Source: an uncultured Verrucomicrobiae bacterium (lineage in GTDB: Bacteria; Verrucomicrobiota; Verrucomicrobiia; Limisphaerales; Palsa-1400). From it: a stretch of DNA of 64,000 nt. This document shows, one piece after another, positions 62,892-64,000 of this stretch. Location of the stretch: positions 1 to 64,000 of the forward strand of contig CAVPOM010000014.1 of assembly GCA_963707025.1 (NCBI GenBank), read 5' to 3'. Position 1 is the stretch's first letter, and each line of letters begins with the position of its first letter. The notes beneath the pieces were generated by a model. It saw only the letters and a program-made list of their open reading frames with translations. It made no database searches and was not told where the DNA came from. The translations under genes were made by a program, and so were the position numbers.

Positions 62892-63097
62892 GGAGGCATT
62901 AAAGACGCCCGCGGCCCAATCGTCAAGCCGGGCCGTCCGGCCGGCAGCGGCCCAATTCAATGGTTGTAGTGTCGGCGCCCTGTCCGCCGCAGGCTTCGCG
63001 AAGGGGGAGGTGCGCCGATGTCGAGCCACAGGCTCGACAGGACATCAAATTAGAAGGACAGCACCCGGCAGCGCTCCCTTGGGCGGCGGCCCCGGGG

Positions 63098-63919
63098 TCA
63101 CTGCATCCAGGCGGGAAATTGGATGTTATTGGCGGCATAGCTGGTATCGAATTGGTTGTGCCAATAAAAGTTCCACAAGGCCTTGGCGCGCGCATACCGA
63201 ACGGAGCCGTCAAAGAAAAGAAGGTTCACTCCCTTGTCGTGCCGGGCGATGGCAAAATGATGCATCTCGGCCCCGGCGCCAAGCCATTCCCCGTTGAAGG
63301 CGGGAGGGAGGTCGGTGTAATTGGGGCCGCCGCCGCGCCACATGGAGTCCAAAAACAGAGGGGTGTTGGCCGGCTGGGGCACATCGAATTTTCTCCAATT
63401 CCAGGAGGCGGGCCGGCCCTGAATGTTGGAGACGTTGGCGGGTGGATTAAAGACCCACAAATTCATGCCGTAACTGCTGATAATGGGCAGGTGCGGGTTG
63501 GCCGGATCGGGCAACGGCGAGGCCCAGCAGGTGGTCGGGCCTCCCCAGTCCACGGCATTTGGGCTGTTGACAGGCACAGGCGTCTCCTTGCTGCCGGGAC
63601 CGCGCCGCAGGGTGGCCCTGGGGCAGAAGAGCAAGTCCGGCTTTTTGCCGTAGTAATTGTCCAACGCCACCAGCCATTCCCCCCTGGCCCACAGCACGGT
63701 GGTGCCGGTGCTGAAAGAATTATTATTGTCCTCGACGTAACTGGTCCAGGCGATGGCCCATTGGTGAAGATTGGATTTGCACTGGGTGTCCAGCGCCTTG
63801 AGTTTGGCCTGGCTCAAGACCGGCAGCAACAACGCCGCCAAAATAGCGATGACCGCAATGACCACCAGCAATTCCAGCAAAGTAAAACCAGGCCGTGGCC
63901 GCCTCTGTCTGTCTTTCAT
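63098..63919 (-). CDS. Prepilin-type N-terminal cleavage / H-X9-DG protein
   Basis: [23 protein letters not shown] and [14 protein letters not shown]. Confidence 0.92.
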   Translation of the reverse strand: MKDRQRRPRPGFTLLELLVVIAVIAILAALLLPVLSQAKLKALDTQCKSNLHQWAIAWTSYVEDNNNSFSTGTTVLWARGEWLVALDNYYGKKPDLLFCPRATLRRGPGSKETPVPVNSPNAVDWGGPTTCWASPLPDPANPHLPIISSYGMNLWVFNPPANVSNIQGRPASWNWRKFDVPQPANTPLFLDSMWRGGGPNYTDLPPAFNGEWLGAGAEMHHFAIARHDKGVNLLFFDGSVRYARAKALWNFYWHNQFDTSYAANNIQFPAWMQ

Positions 63920-64000
63920 AACGCAGGATGCTTTTCGGGCGCTGGCCGCGTCCGCCGAAATATAAGGGGGAACGCCGCGGAATGGAACCCCTAATTCAGC

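Overview
GC-rich bacterial chromosomal window. The gene content (GuaB3, TIGR03790-type and H-X9-DG prepilin proteins, Tat oxidoreductases) suggests Verrucomicrobia or another PVC lineage; this is an inference. Many genes, including lepA, carry single-base frameshifts that look like long-read errors. Most of the window is housekeeping and carbohydrate genes (cca, galE, opp, lepA-lepB, tRNA-Val, trmL-truA-ruvX-hemL-nadE, lon, glycoside hydrolases, ppk2). It also holds small toxin-antitoxin-like modules, a dif-like site and a complete group II intron (42600-44557) whose EBS1 targets a 10-bp tandem repeat. The most unusual part is a 5.8-kb large-serine-recombinase island (8-5827) integrated at a tRNA(Ser-like) 3' end. 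It carries a 397-bp inverted internal copy of its own excised-circle (attP) junction, so both halves are bounded by inverted repeats and the integrase has two possible C-termini. It also carries a TIR-domain gene, a hairpin resembling a single-stranded-DNA promoter, and a non-coding array of three covarying long hairpins with a conserved AGTCT/AGTCT mismatch motif that I do not recognise.
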